From Podarcis gaigeae (taxonomy: Eukaryota), in the NCBI GenBank assembly GCA_964106915.2, contig OZ066919.1: a stretch of 64,000 bases of DNA. One strand, written 5' to 3'. A program made the translations under genes and the position numbers. The stretch's first letter is position 1; each line of letters starts with the position of its first letter. The notes beneath the pieces were generated by a model that worked only from the letters and a program-made list of their open reading frames with translations, did no database searches and was not told the DNA's origin. This document shows positions 51,701 to 63,130 of the stretch, in pieces.

Positions 51701-54418
51701 TTGTTTTGGAAAATTGTGGTTTACAAAATATAGACAATATATGTATTCTGCTCTTGTGCCTGGGATTTCATGCATGGCTCATATTGTGAGCTAGGACTAG
51801 GCATGCAGAAAAGTCTCCTTCTCCACGCACTTCACCCTCACTCAATAGGTCCACAGTTCTCACACCCTTTGAGAGGAATCATTAATCACAAGAAAATTAC
51901 AAGATCATTTTATAGTGTTATGACAGCAGAAATCTTTCCATGAGTCAGTTTGAATCAATTCCTTGAAAGAATCAATTCAGTGGCTTTCAAGGCGCACACA
52001 ATATTAATGTTCTTTAAGAAATTAAGCATTTAAACTGTCATATATATATCACCCAATCACACCTTACAAATATGTGTGATTTCTTAGATAGCAATGAGAA
52101 GAATCAGGAGAGTGAGGAATAAGCAAAACATTTTCTTCATAAAAATTCCGAGTACAAGTCATTTCTTGTGAGTGTATGCTCTTCTTGTGAGTGTATGCTC
52201 TTCAACAAGTTCCTCTGCTCTGCCCCTTTCTGCTTTCCATGTTACATGATATTATGGCAATCTGTCCGAGTTTGTTTAACCCTTGTTTAGAGGTGATTTA
52301 TCTAGAGGAGAGGCATTTTCCCAGAGCTCTCACCTACCATGGTGATGTTCTTACCAGGTGTGTGTGTTTAATAGCAAGAAAGCGAATACTTTTCTAATGG
52401 GTACTTGGAGCATAGGCAAACCAGGACTTCTGAATGTTGCTTTCACAGAGCGAACTAGTGTGCTTTGGTTTGCTTGATACTTTAAATTGTATCATATTTC
52501 ACAGAGATGTGGAGAACAAGTATCTCATGCTCTGTTGTCATATGTCTTAGTTACTTTGCTTTAGAACTACAGTATGATGTATTCTTAAAGAGACTTTCAT
52601 TTTCACTTACCATCATATTACAGGACCTTTATCAGCTGAATCAAAGTGCAGTGTTTCTTGTTCTGCCACCCTTTCTCTTTCTTTCACTTTCTTTGCTTAA
52701 GCAGACACTCAATTTTTTATTTTTATATCAATCAATAAGTTTTATTGTTTATAGCCAATGGCCATCACAATACAATATGAGCACAAATCACACAGCTACA
52801 AAAACACTGTATGCTCCAGACCAGGAAAAATCCACCACGTCCAAAATTTAGGAACATTCCTTCTACTCAGAACCCCCCACCACAAAGGATTCTACTTCTC
52901 TGGGCTGATTCTTTTGGCACTTTCAAATCTGATTAGCCGTCTACTGGCATGAGTAGCATGATGATATCATTGACCCCAGTTATGGATAGTGTTTGCTGTC
53001 TTGGGGGGTGGAGGAAGAGATGTTCACTGTAGGGAGGTAGGAGGGCTTGCTTCATAAACCACATTGGTTTCCACAGCGGATACCCACAGGGATCTGGCTG
53101 ATGTTATAGCATCTATGGCAATCCTCAACTTCTGCCAGTGAGGAATGCAGTTGGAAGTAGCATATGGCTTAAAGGCCCAATTAGGGCCACTATTCCAGCA
53201 CTAAACATGAGTAATGAAGTCATGATCCTGAACACTCTAGTAGCAAAGTAGAAAGTAAAGCTATGCCAGCAGAAACAAGAGATATTAGCATAGCAGCATG
53301 GACAACCACATCCACAGTATCCATGGAAATATTGCACCAATTTATAGTGACTTCAGGGGTGCTGTGATGCTATAACAGAAACCGTTCCACCCCCACCCCC
53401 AGTGCATGAGCATGCTTGCAGGAAGAGATATTTGTGTCTCAGAAGCATCCGTGACTCACTGGTTAGGAGGACAGCAGCTGATCCCTACAGCTACAGTGGC
53501 ATCAGCAGGATTTTGGATTTCAAGGCAGCCAAAATACAGAATCAGAAGCAGCCTGAAATCATAACACCTTTTGCCAGAACCAGTGTCCACTCCAGTTAAA
53601 GCAGGCAGCCAGTTTGTATAACCCAGAGTGTAGAAGGCTTGGGTGCAGCCATTTTGCAAGGGAGGAAAGATAGCCAATTCTGCTAGGAAGAATACACAGC
53701 AAAACAGCAAGGACAAAAAAAGAAAGCATTGTGAGCTGCCTGGTTGCTATAGAGTACAAAATAAATGCATTATTTACACTATGGCTTTACAGGGAAGTGG
53801 AAAGGGCAGTCTTTGAGTCATTGCTAATTCCTGCAGTTGCAACAGGGGATCAAACTGGCTTCAGTTTAACTCCCAGTATTGGTTGTAGTTTATTGTCAAG
53901 TAGTTCATATGTAAACAAGGTCATTAACATGCCAAAATTATTATTTTGCTTTGGGTGTCCCATGCTTAGTATAATCAATTGTCCTTTCTCCGTGATAATA
54001 ACAGCACCAGCATTTGAGATGAGTTTGTTAATGTGAACCAGATTAATTTCACCTTGAGTTTCTATTCTCTTGATCTATAATGGCTTATTCAAAACCTGGC
54101 TAGTTCAGAATTTCCTTGTTTTATAACACATTATTTATATCACAGGCATGTAAAGAATCCACATACAGGGCTCATTCATATGTAATGCTTAGTTCAGTGC
54201 TATATGATTGAGTTGGAATGAACCCAAGCAAAACATCTGACCGCGTTCTCCCCTCCTTCCTTCTCCTTCTCTCACATGGCAAGGAGGAAGCCTGGTTGGT
54301 TGTTAAGTTCAAACCAGGGGATCTGGTTTAAAACAAGCTCTGCTAAGTTTCCAATGTAGCCAATTTCAGACCATGAATTGTTAAGCTGTCAAGGCCAGGC
54401 TGAACACTGGTGAGCAGG

Positions 54419-54514
54419 TAGGGCTGCCATACGTCTGGATTTGTGGGGTGTGGGTGAGTGGGGTGTGGGTGGGTGTCTTCCTAACTTCCTACTTTTTGAA
54501 ATATGGCAACCCTA
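54419..54514. mobile_element. Small hAT-type MITE
   Basis: TIR TAGGGCTGCCATA / TATGGCAACCCTA (12/13); flanks TGAGCAGG / TGAGTGGG (6/8). Confidence 0.7.
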
Positions 54515-55357
54515 TGAGTGGGGCCTCTCTGTTGCTGCAACTACCTCATTGGGTGCACTCCTAGGAGTAGCTGAGAAATGCAGTACCGATACACACATTT
54601 TCCTAACTTGTAGGTGTAGTTTTGACATTCCTTGCCTGACAGTGCCGTGACAGAAGTTGGCTTGTTAAACTAACCAGAGTTTGTTTTAAAACAGGATCCC
54701 TGGCTGAAACATAAAGGCACACCAGGATTCTTCAAAATTGAAACTGGACCCTTACAACATTGTTCTGCTGGCAGCATTGCAGGCATGTGCAGTTGCACAA
54801 GTCCAACGCAGTGCTCATTCTGGCTCATCCACAAAGCACTAAACTTAGAGGGGAACTGCTGCCCTGAGTAGGAGACTTAGGTTCAGGACTCCCAACTTGA
54901 AGGGCCATTTCATAAACTAGGCAATGGCTTACCTTGTCACCACCAAGTGCAGACTCAACATGGAGCAGTAGCCAGTATTCACACTTTAATTTTTTAGACG
55001 GACACATGAAGCATCTTCGGTGTACATTTAAAAAGACATTGAAATATGTTTCCTAACGTTCTTTTGCACAGGAATGTTTAACATTAGGCAGTATGAAGCA
55101 CAAATAAACTCAAACCAAAACGTCAAACCAAAATGAACAATATTACAAGATGTGCACTGAGTGAGAGTGGCTGGGCTTTGGCCATTCTTGATCTAATCTT
55201 TCTTTGCAGCCACTTTGTGCAGACTGTTCTGTCACCAGTTCCAGAATAATTTGGAAAATAACCACTTTTTTTTACTTTTTTTGTTTAGTCTAGAGCATCA
55301 TCATTACTTAACTTGTTACTTGAAGTAATTTAATTTCATTGCTATCTGTTTTGACAG

Positions 55358-55449
55358 CTGAATATTATCTTCCTGGTGATCACACTGTACAAAATGGTGA
55401 AGCACTCAAACACTTTGAAACCAGACTCTAGCAGGTTGGAAAACATTAA
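55358..55449 (+). CDS. ADGRL2: ADGRL2 TM5-ICL3 exon (92 nt)
   Basis: gacag|CTG ... AA|gtaagt; [30 protein letters not shown]. Confidence 0.96.
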
Positions 55450-56530
55450 GTAAGTGCTTTGTGTTTGAATCAAGAACTGTGATTATTTTTTCTGATTGTT
55501 CCAACTGATTGAAAGCTCCCCCTTTCCATTAGCAACACAATGCTTTGTTTCCCAGCACCCACAGATGTCAATTAGAAGTGAACAGCACCAATCCTGCTCT
55601 CGTCATATTTGTTGCTATAATGATACAGGCAACGCTTGAAATTAAATAACTTCTGCTTGGAACAATGGCCAAGAATTTGTTTTGGTGCATTCATGGAGAT
55701 TCCTCAGCAATGTAGCAAGTTCATTTGCATTTAAAATGCAGCTCCCAAACAATGTTCCCCTTTGCATGGCTGGTGTTGTTCTGCTGAGTATGTTTCGTTA
55801 AATTATTTTCAGATGCTATTGATTCTCAGCGGTTTCCCCATTCATAATCCCACTCCCCTAAGAGAATTTGCTTCTACTTCTTTTGTTATCTTGAAGATTA
55901 TCTGTTGCTTTTCATGCAAATTTAACAAATATTTACTTTTATCCTGTGACTACACAAGAATCACAATATTCCCTTTTTTGAAAGTAGAGCAATGGCTTAA
56001 TATTCTTAATGAGAATCTTACAGTGGTGGATCATGCTTTAGGTCAGAGGTAGGCAAGATAAGATTCCACTGTCCAATTCCAGCCCAAGCATCCATTATGT
56101 GGGTAAAGGGAAGGAACAGATTTCTGGGAGGGAAGCTTTTGGTTTGGTTGGGTGGGATAAACACTTTGGACTTACATTGCCTACCCCTGCTTTAGATTAT
56201 TCTATATTTAAGACTGGAATTGTTTTGCCAGACTTAAGAGGGACAGGACTTTCCCCCCTAATCATAAGCACTCTTACTTGGAGGTCAGATCCACTGACGT
56301 CATTGGTGCTCCCAAGTGAAATGTGCTTAGTAGTGGGTTCTTGAATTGTCTTTGAATGCAGAATATGGAAAGGACAGATTTGCAACAAAGCTAGCATTAC
56401 AAACTAGAAGTTGCTTAGATAGGTCACAATATCAGCTTCATTGCATGTTGCATGTTAAGAGAGAGAGCTAATCTTTAGCACCTCTCTTTTCTTCCTTTTC
56501 TTCCTCTTTCTGTCTTCTCATCCACACCAG

Positions 56531-56575
56531 TAATTACCGTGTTTGTGATGGCTACTATAATACGGACTTACCTGG
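56531..56575 (+). CDS. ADGRL2: ADGRL2 45-nt cassette exon in ICL3 (NYRVCDGYYNTDLPG)
   Basis: Strong pyrimidine tract, accag|T ... GG|gtaaga; phase 2-2; open frame. Confidence 0.92.
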
Positions 56576-56895
56576 GTAAGATAGAACCCTACATTAACAA
56601 ATTTAAAGCATGACTTTTTAATTTTTATTTTTTTAAAAAACAAAACTTTACAAATATGGACAATTTTCTGGATTGTCCGTAATTTTAATTAACAACTTTG
56701 GAGATAATCTAATTTGCTAAACTATTTCCAACTATTATATGCTTTTTATTATTTTAAACTGCTTGCGTCTGCACTTTGAATTTTCTAATTTTAACTAATT
56801 TTTGTATAAAATTACTAAAAATGCTTTCTTATTAATTTCAATTTAAATTCTGTCTAATGATTTTGTTTCTCTTTTCTGCTTATAATGCTTTCTAG

Positions 56896-56922
56896 CTATG
56901 AAGATAATAAGCCATTTATCAA
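56896..56922 (+). CDS. ADGRL2: ADGRL2 27-nt microexon in ICL3 (YEDNKPFIK)
   Basis: tctag|C ... AA|gtaaga; phase 2-2; resembles the YEDNRPFIK insert of latrophilin-3. Confidence 0.9.
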
Positions 56923-57558
56923 GTAAGATCATTAGTTAGATGTGGAATGCACTGAATAAACCCCTTTCCCCTTCATTCTGTGCTGTCCTCTGCAATTTCT
57001 TTCCCCCCGAAACTATTCATGACAAAATATCCTTCAAAGACTTTCTTTTGTGATTAAATCCATATATTTGTCACATTTCAGTAAGGCACTTTCATATGAA
57101 AGTTAGACTACCTAGTTTAGCAGAGTCTTCAAACTTTAGGTTATCAGCTTTTGATCTGCCATTTAACTTTTGTGTATTTGTGTTATTTGTGTATGTGTGT
57201 GTCAGATGCAAGCACAATTGTTAAAATATGGGCATCCATTAGTGGTTAAAAGAGACTTTCAGATCTCCAAATATACACGCATACATACAGATAAAGCAAA
57301 GGGGTTTCTGGACCTGGTACTAGAGCATTGCATTTTAAAATAACTACCGCTGCTGTTTTCATTGGAAACTAAAACGGAATTGCTCTTCCTATAATAGATA
57401 AAAGGTTAAAGCCAATAATTTATAATTATATATGGCCAAAAACCTAGTAAAAATAAATTGCAGCAAGTCAACTTTTAATATGCAATTTTGCAATGTGCAT
57501 TTTTTTAAAAAAAACAAAACAAAACGGCAGTGTTACTTAAATTGCTTTTCTTTTTCAG

Positions 57559-57727
57559 GTCTTGGGCCCTCGGTGCATTTGCTCTACTGTGTCTTCTGGG
57601 CCTAACATGGTCTTTTGGACTGCTTTATGTCAACGATGAGACCATTGTGATGGCATACCTCTTCACAGTATTTAATTCTTTCCAAGGAATGTTTATTTTC
57701 ATCTTTCATTGTGCACTCCAAAAGAAA
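57559..57727 (+). CDS. ADGRL2: ADGRL2 TM6-TM7 exon (169 nt)
   Basis: ttcag|G ... AAA|gtgagt; [22 protein letters not shown]...[16 protein letters not shown]. Confidence 0.97.
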
Positions 57728-57932
57728 GTGAGTCATTGCACATATACACTTCCTCTGTATCTCCAAAATATTTTCAGTATCTCTTTTTAAACAAGGCATT
57801 ATATATCAATAGTGCATAGACAGGTGGAACGTAGCGCTCTGTTGTTTAACTTGTGATCCAGCTGCCAACAAAATTACTGTTAGAAGTCCTGATTGTTAGG
57901 TTACCATACTTTTACCCATTCTTCTGCATTCT

Positions 57933-57956
57933 TGCGATACTCCCCCTAGGTGGCAG
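57933..57956 (+). promoter_or_regulatory. Candidate CTCF site with upstream module
   Basis: CCCCTAGGTGGCAG matches CCASYAGRKGGCRS at 13/14 positions, preceded by TGCGATAC. Confidence 0.55.
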
Positions 57957-60651
57957 TGTCACAGACGAAAGTGAACACATGCCAATAATTGGGATTGTCT
58001 GGATGCAGTAAGTTCCACATTACCATGTTTAATGTAGGGGAATTAAAGCAGAATTCTACATGTGTCTATTCCGAAGAAGATCTCAAATGAGATCAATGGG
58101 GCTATTTTCCAGGCAACTTCTTACTAATCTTAGTGCCAATGACTTGCAAGGCAAGTTGGGCCAAAAACTAGACATGTAAATGTGCCTATCTTTAAAAAAA
58201 GCCGCAAAACCACTTAAGAACATGGCCATAGCTGCCCTCCCAAATCAAATAAATCAATAAAAATACTTAACTAACAGAGGTTTTCCCCACTAACATGAAG
58301 CCTGGCTATGCCCATGCTTAAGAAAGCAAATAAATAAATAAATAAATGGAATCAGAAACCATTCTAAAAATGGATGGGTTTTGTTCAACAAACATTTATG
58401 GCCTCTGTTATGCAGCATGGAACAAATAAGTATATTGTGTTTAACTATTAAAACAGGGTAACAGCAGTTCCTCTCCCCTGAAAAGTATTAGTGGATGGGG
58501 AGGCACTGTTAGCCATTGATCAACCCCTGTAGCACATCTTTCTTTTCATCTGTGATTTTTCTGGCTGATGATAGATTTGTTCATTATGAGGTGAAGCTTT
58601 TAGCAAAAGTTGATCCCCAGGAGGGCTCTTTTCTTTCCATCCTCCAAGAGCAGGATTGTACTTAGATATAGGTAAAATACTATTTATAATCAGCATTTTA
58701 AAGGGAACTGTGAAAATCAAATTACTGTTCACACATTGGGATCCCTGATTCATAGGACATTTCATTAATTTGAGATCATTGGATAAAAGGCATGCTGATT
58801 ATTGGCTGCTAGTTTGATAAGAGCTGAATCAGAAGTAGCCTTTTGTATTTGAAATGAAGTTGGCATTTCATTATTATTTTTTTTACAATTGGTATACTCT
58901 CCAGTTTGAGTGTGGCTGCTATGATACAGGTAAAGTGATTTGCGTCATGAAACAGGGAATTGCCAATAGGACAGCAGGTATTTCCTTTGAATTAGAGGAA
59001 TGGAATGAATATTTGAAACATTTTAAAATGAAAATAGTCAAGATACAAATGCTTCCTAGAGTAGGCTATTATAAAACAATGTTGTTGTTGTTTTAAAAAA
59101 TAACATCAAAAGGCAAATTGCCTTTATTCCTTACTCGAATTATGCATAAGCAATATTAAGTGCCAGTTGAGCGTGGAAAAAGCTTAACCTTCGCACAAGA
59201 TGTTTCATACCTGCAAGAAGCATTCAGGCTGCCGTTTAAGCTTTAAAAAGTTTCAGTGTCTTTCCCTGGATATCATTCTACTTCTGTATACATAGCTAAT
59301 GTGTTCTTTTTATTCTGTTATTACTAGTTGGCCACTAAATTGAACAGAGAAATAGAATTGTGAAAGTGAAAACTATTATGTTTCTAGTCCTGACAAGATG
59401 ATAGTGCTGTTACTTCCTTCAGTTTTGAACAAGCTGTAATTTAGAAATAATGACAGTGGAATGTGCTGCACTGACAGATAATGTACATTCACAGCAGTAT
59501 AGACATTAGGCAAAAATCAGCCCCAGGGGGTGGTATTTGGGAGGCAGGGGGAATTAAAAAGACGGTGACAGTCACTGGTCACAGACACACACAGACAGAC
59601 ACACAATTTTGCAGCTTATATAGGAAACCCATACTATGCCGTTTCTCATCCCTGGCCTAAATTTCTAAGGCCGTTAAAATCTTTTAGGCTGTAATCCTAT
59701 ATAAACCTGAGAGTAAGCGCCATTTAAACTGAATTGGACTTGTTTCTGACTTGACATGCATAGTATTAATCTTATTTCCCTGAGGGTATTAGCATCATTC
59801 ACTTAGCTTTAAATTTTTTGAACTTAATCACACTAGACATTGAAATACAACTTTTATTTTGTGCCATCCAAATAAATTCAATCCCAAATATGTATCCTTG
59901 AAATTAGCAGTGTAGCTCCCAGTAGTGGTCAGTGGGGTGGCAGCACTTACCTAATCTCCCATTCCTAGGTTTACTTTGGAGAAGCGAGTGAGGTGGGCAT
60001 GATGCCAATGCACCAGTGGGAGCACCATTGGCTCCACCGATGCATTTGCACCATGGTAACCTCACCGCTGGGCTCCCCATAAACCTTGGCTGCACTGGTG
60101 AAGTTGCTGTTCCATTTCCCAAGCCACTACAACTTATGGTGCCCAGCTGTCTTCATTGCTCTCGTTCCACTTTGTTAGCCAATAGAGCTGCTTGGCACAG
60201 ACTGGCTCTCTTCAAGCCGTAAGTGGTCACACCAGAGTACATCTGGAATTGTTTGCTGTGTACTGGGAGAGCCAGTCGAGACACAACCTCCACCTGGTCA
60301 TGGTTCGAAGCCACACTGGAATGTGAACCATGGGGGACATTTTGTCTATGATTTCCTTCTATCTGCAGTTCCCCAGCTAGGAAGTAAACTAGAGAAAGGA
60401 TAATTGCAAGACATAAGAGAGGCAAGGATTTTGTGCTTCACTGACATTCTTTTAATTTTGTAAAATACATTTTTTCTTAATTTTCTTGGAAATATAAAAT
60501 TGGCCCTGTTTCAGAAGGGCTTGTTTACCTTTGCTGTCTGCCTCAGATCTCAGGAGCAGGTAGGCTAGAAATATACAGATTGATACATACAGAAATAGAT
60601 TATTTAAAAATGAAAGCATGAATATTTATGAGCATCGTTGTTAACATACAG

Positions 60652-60780
60652 GTACGTAAGGAGTACGGCAAGTGCTTCAGACATTCGTATTGCTGTGGAG
60701 GATTGCCAACAGAGAGCCCACACAGTTCAGTAAAGGCATCGACTACCAGAACTAGTGCTCGCTATTCCTCTGGCACTCAG
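60652..60780 (+). CDS. ADGRL2: ADGRL2 helix 8 / proximal C-tail exon (129 nt)
   Basis: tacag|GTA ... CAG|gtaaca; [43 protein letters not shown]. Confidence 0.95.
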
Positions 60781-61794
60781 GTAACAAACATTTTGACAGA
60801 ACCTTTTAATGACAGCATCTTTTAATTAACCTTGCTTATAAAAAGCCCGCTGAGATGCGTTCCATTCAGATGCACTAATTGTGTTCTCATTATAACAGCC
60901 TTGATGACAATTGCATGCTTTTTTTATATATTCTGGGCCCGATTCTAAACATTCCTTCAAGGTTGAGCTTCATAGTAGTTTTTTATTTTTTTATTTTTTT
61001 TTTTAAAAAGAAGACATTAACAACAAACTTTCTTATTGGTCCATAAGCAGAGTTAGAGCTTACTTATGGCCAGAAAGTGGCCAAGAGATGTTATTTTTAA
61101 TAGCATTATAGTCAGCAGTAAGTCTGAGACATGCTTAATATAAATCAGTTCAGGAGACTACATGTTTCACAACTGACTTTCCATTTTACAAAGGTAAATA
61201 TAACCATTTTCAGGAAGTTTTCCCATATGCATAATAATACTACATGAAGAGAAAGATAGTAGCCTGATTGGACTGCCTGTTTGATCAGTGACACTAAAGA
61301 TAAATACATTGTTACCCTTCCTTTGAAAAAGAAGTCCAAACATTTGCTTTGTGTTAAATTTATTTATTTTTAATGCAACTAAAGCAGCAACCATCCGCAT
61401 TCAACCTCACTTTTCTTTATGTAGCCTAGGCCAGTTCCCTTATCAAAATGCTGCAGCTCCAGAAGACCTTCCTAAACTTTAATGCCAGAGCTCAGCTAAA
61501 AGAACGTGCATTAGATGACTTTCCAGTCTTAATAATTAAGTGCATCACTTCCCTCTACACTTTTGGGACTGAAGTTAGTTGCAACTCAGCCTGGGCACAA
61601 GACTGTCCAGCACTAAGTGCTCAGGCTGAAGAGAAAGATACCCAGCAGCATGAACCAGCTGATGTCCTAAGTGGCCACCAAAGAACCAGAAACTAGTTTG
61701 AAGCCAAGCGTACCACAACCAGTTCCATACTCCTCTCCAATACTTTGGTCGTAAGAACATGCATCGCAGCAGGCATGACAGAGAAGTAGGTTAA

Positions 61795-61884
61795 CAGTGC
61801 AATTCTGTGCATGCTGACTTGCAAGTAAGCCCCACCGTGTTCACTGGGTCTTACTCCAAGGTACGCTTCTGTAGGATTGTAGCT
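61795..61884. repeat. About 90-bp imperfect palindromic interspersed repeat (best copy of a dispersed family)
   Basis: GCAATTCTG / TAGGATTGT outer arms and GTAAGCCCCA / TGGGTCTTAC inner arms; related copies near 1335, 21383 and 59687. Confidence 0.7.
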
Positions 61885-61943
61885 AAATGTGCCAGGTTGC
61901 CATGTAAGATGTGACAACTATGCCCTATTTCTTCCATTAACAG

Positions 61944-62040
61944 AGCCGAATAAGGAGGATGTGGAATGACACTGTGAGAAAACAATCTGAATCATCCTTT
62001 ATCTCAGGTGATATCAATAGCACTTCAACACTTAATCAAG
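61944..62040 (+). CDS. ADGRL2: ADGRL2 C-tail exon (97 nt)
   Basis: aacag|AGC ... G|gtcagt; [32 protein letters not shown]. Confidence 0.96.
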
Positions 62041-62193
62041 GTCAGTTGCTGGACACATCACACTCTAGTTTTGTTCTTTCGGCGGTATTTTTTTCAAATA
62101 AGAATTTAGGAGAATTGGGTTGCAGTAAATAAATCAAATAAGCAGATGTGCTCTGGGTAGGTAGGTTAAATATCTCAGCATTGGAATGGAAGC

Positions 62194-62223
62194 ACACACA
62201 CAAACACACACACACACACACAC
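62194..62223. repeat. (CA)n microsatellite, interrupted
   Basis: Direct reading. Confidence 0.88.
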
Positions 62224-63054
62224 CCTAACACACAAAATGTATAAAATTATTGCTCAACTCGGTCTTGAACACATTTAAAACTTAGTTCCCTCATGCTCTT
62301 TGCTCAGGATTGAATCTGACATTCTTATTCATGGAAATCGTATTTAAATAAGTCTCATCAATAATTTAAACATAAAAGCAAGAACATAATTTTAAACTTT
62401 TGCTAACCTTTGTAGTCTAAAACTGAAACAGAACTATACCAGCACAGTGACATTGTAAATGCATAAGATTTCCATATGCGGACATTTTGCCTGTGAAATC
62501 AAATTGACATCAGCTCTATACAAAAGACATCTGCAAATAGGGTTTCCCCCACAGTATAGTTTTGATGATATCTATAATGTACAGCATTTGTCTGCCACAT
62601 GACAACCTGAAAAGAAGGAAGGGAGGGGAAGCCACAGAACAGACTTAAGATGTCTGGTCACAGTTTTATCACTATAACTCAGATTGAATGTTCTCAGGCA
62701 TTCAAGACTTCACAGAAGTATACTAAATGATTATGAAGGCTACCCATACCATCTCCAGCAGTAAACTAACCAAAGCTTCTCATCCAAATCTTAATATATA
62801 AATAGACACTTTATCAAAAAATACTAATGTACAACTCTGTACCCCCCCCCAAAAAAAAATCTCAACCCAAAAGCTGCAGTATTATCTATTTTGTTAAAAT
62901 CCAAATTGAGTTTATAGGGAGGTCTTTCCTGGTGGTTTGTAATAACAAAAAAGAAAAAAGCCCAATAAATTTATGTTGATCCACAAGAAAATTCCAAAAT
63001 CCACAGTTGATGTTGTTAGCTATAAGGAGTCTGGAGTCTTGATGGATGTTTCAG

Positions 63055-63130
63055 TTCCTTTATTAGGACCAACTAAAATGTCAGAAAATAGTGAGCCAGC
63101 TTTCGTATTCCTCAGACTCTTCAACAGGCC
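63055..63130 (-). mobile_element. Decayed Penelope-like terminal repeat with degenerate hammerhead
   Basis: Shares GACCAACTAA...AGCTTTCG...CTTC..CAG layout with the 36.4-kb insert; minus strand CUGUUGA-A-GAGU...AUAC-GAAAGCU. Confidence 0.55.

Noticed and set aside
1748-62040. Assignment to ADGRL1 or ADGRL3, or a pseudogene
   Set aside because: Diagnostic peptides fit ADGRL2, and all exons keep frame with canonical splice sites and no stop codons.
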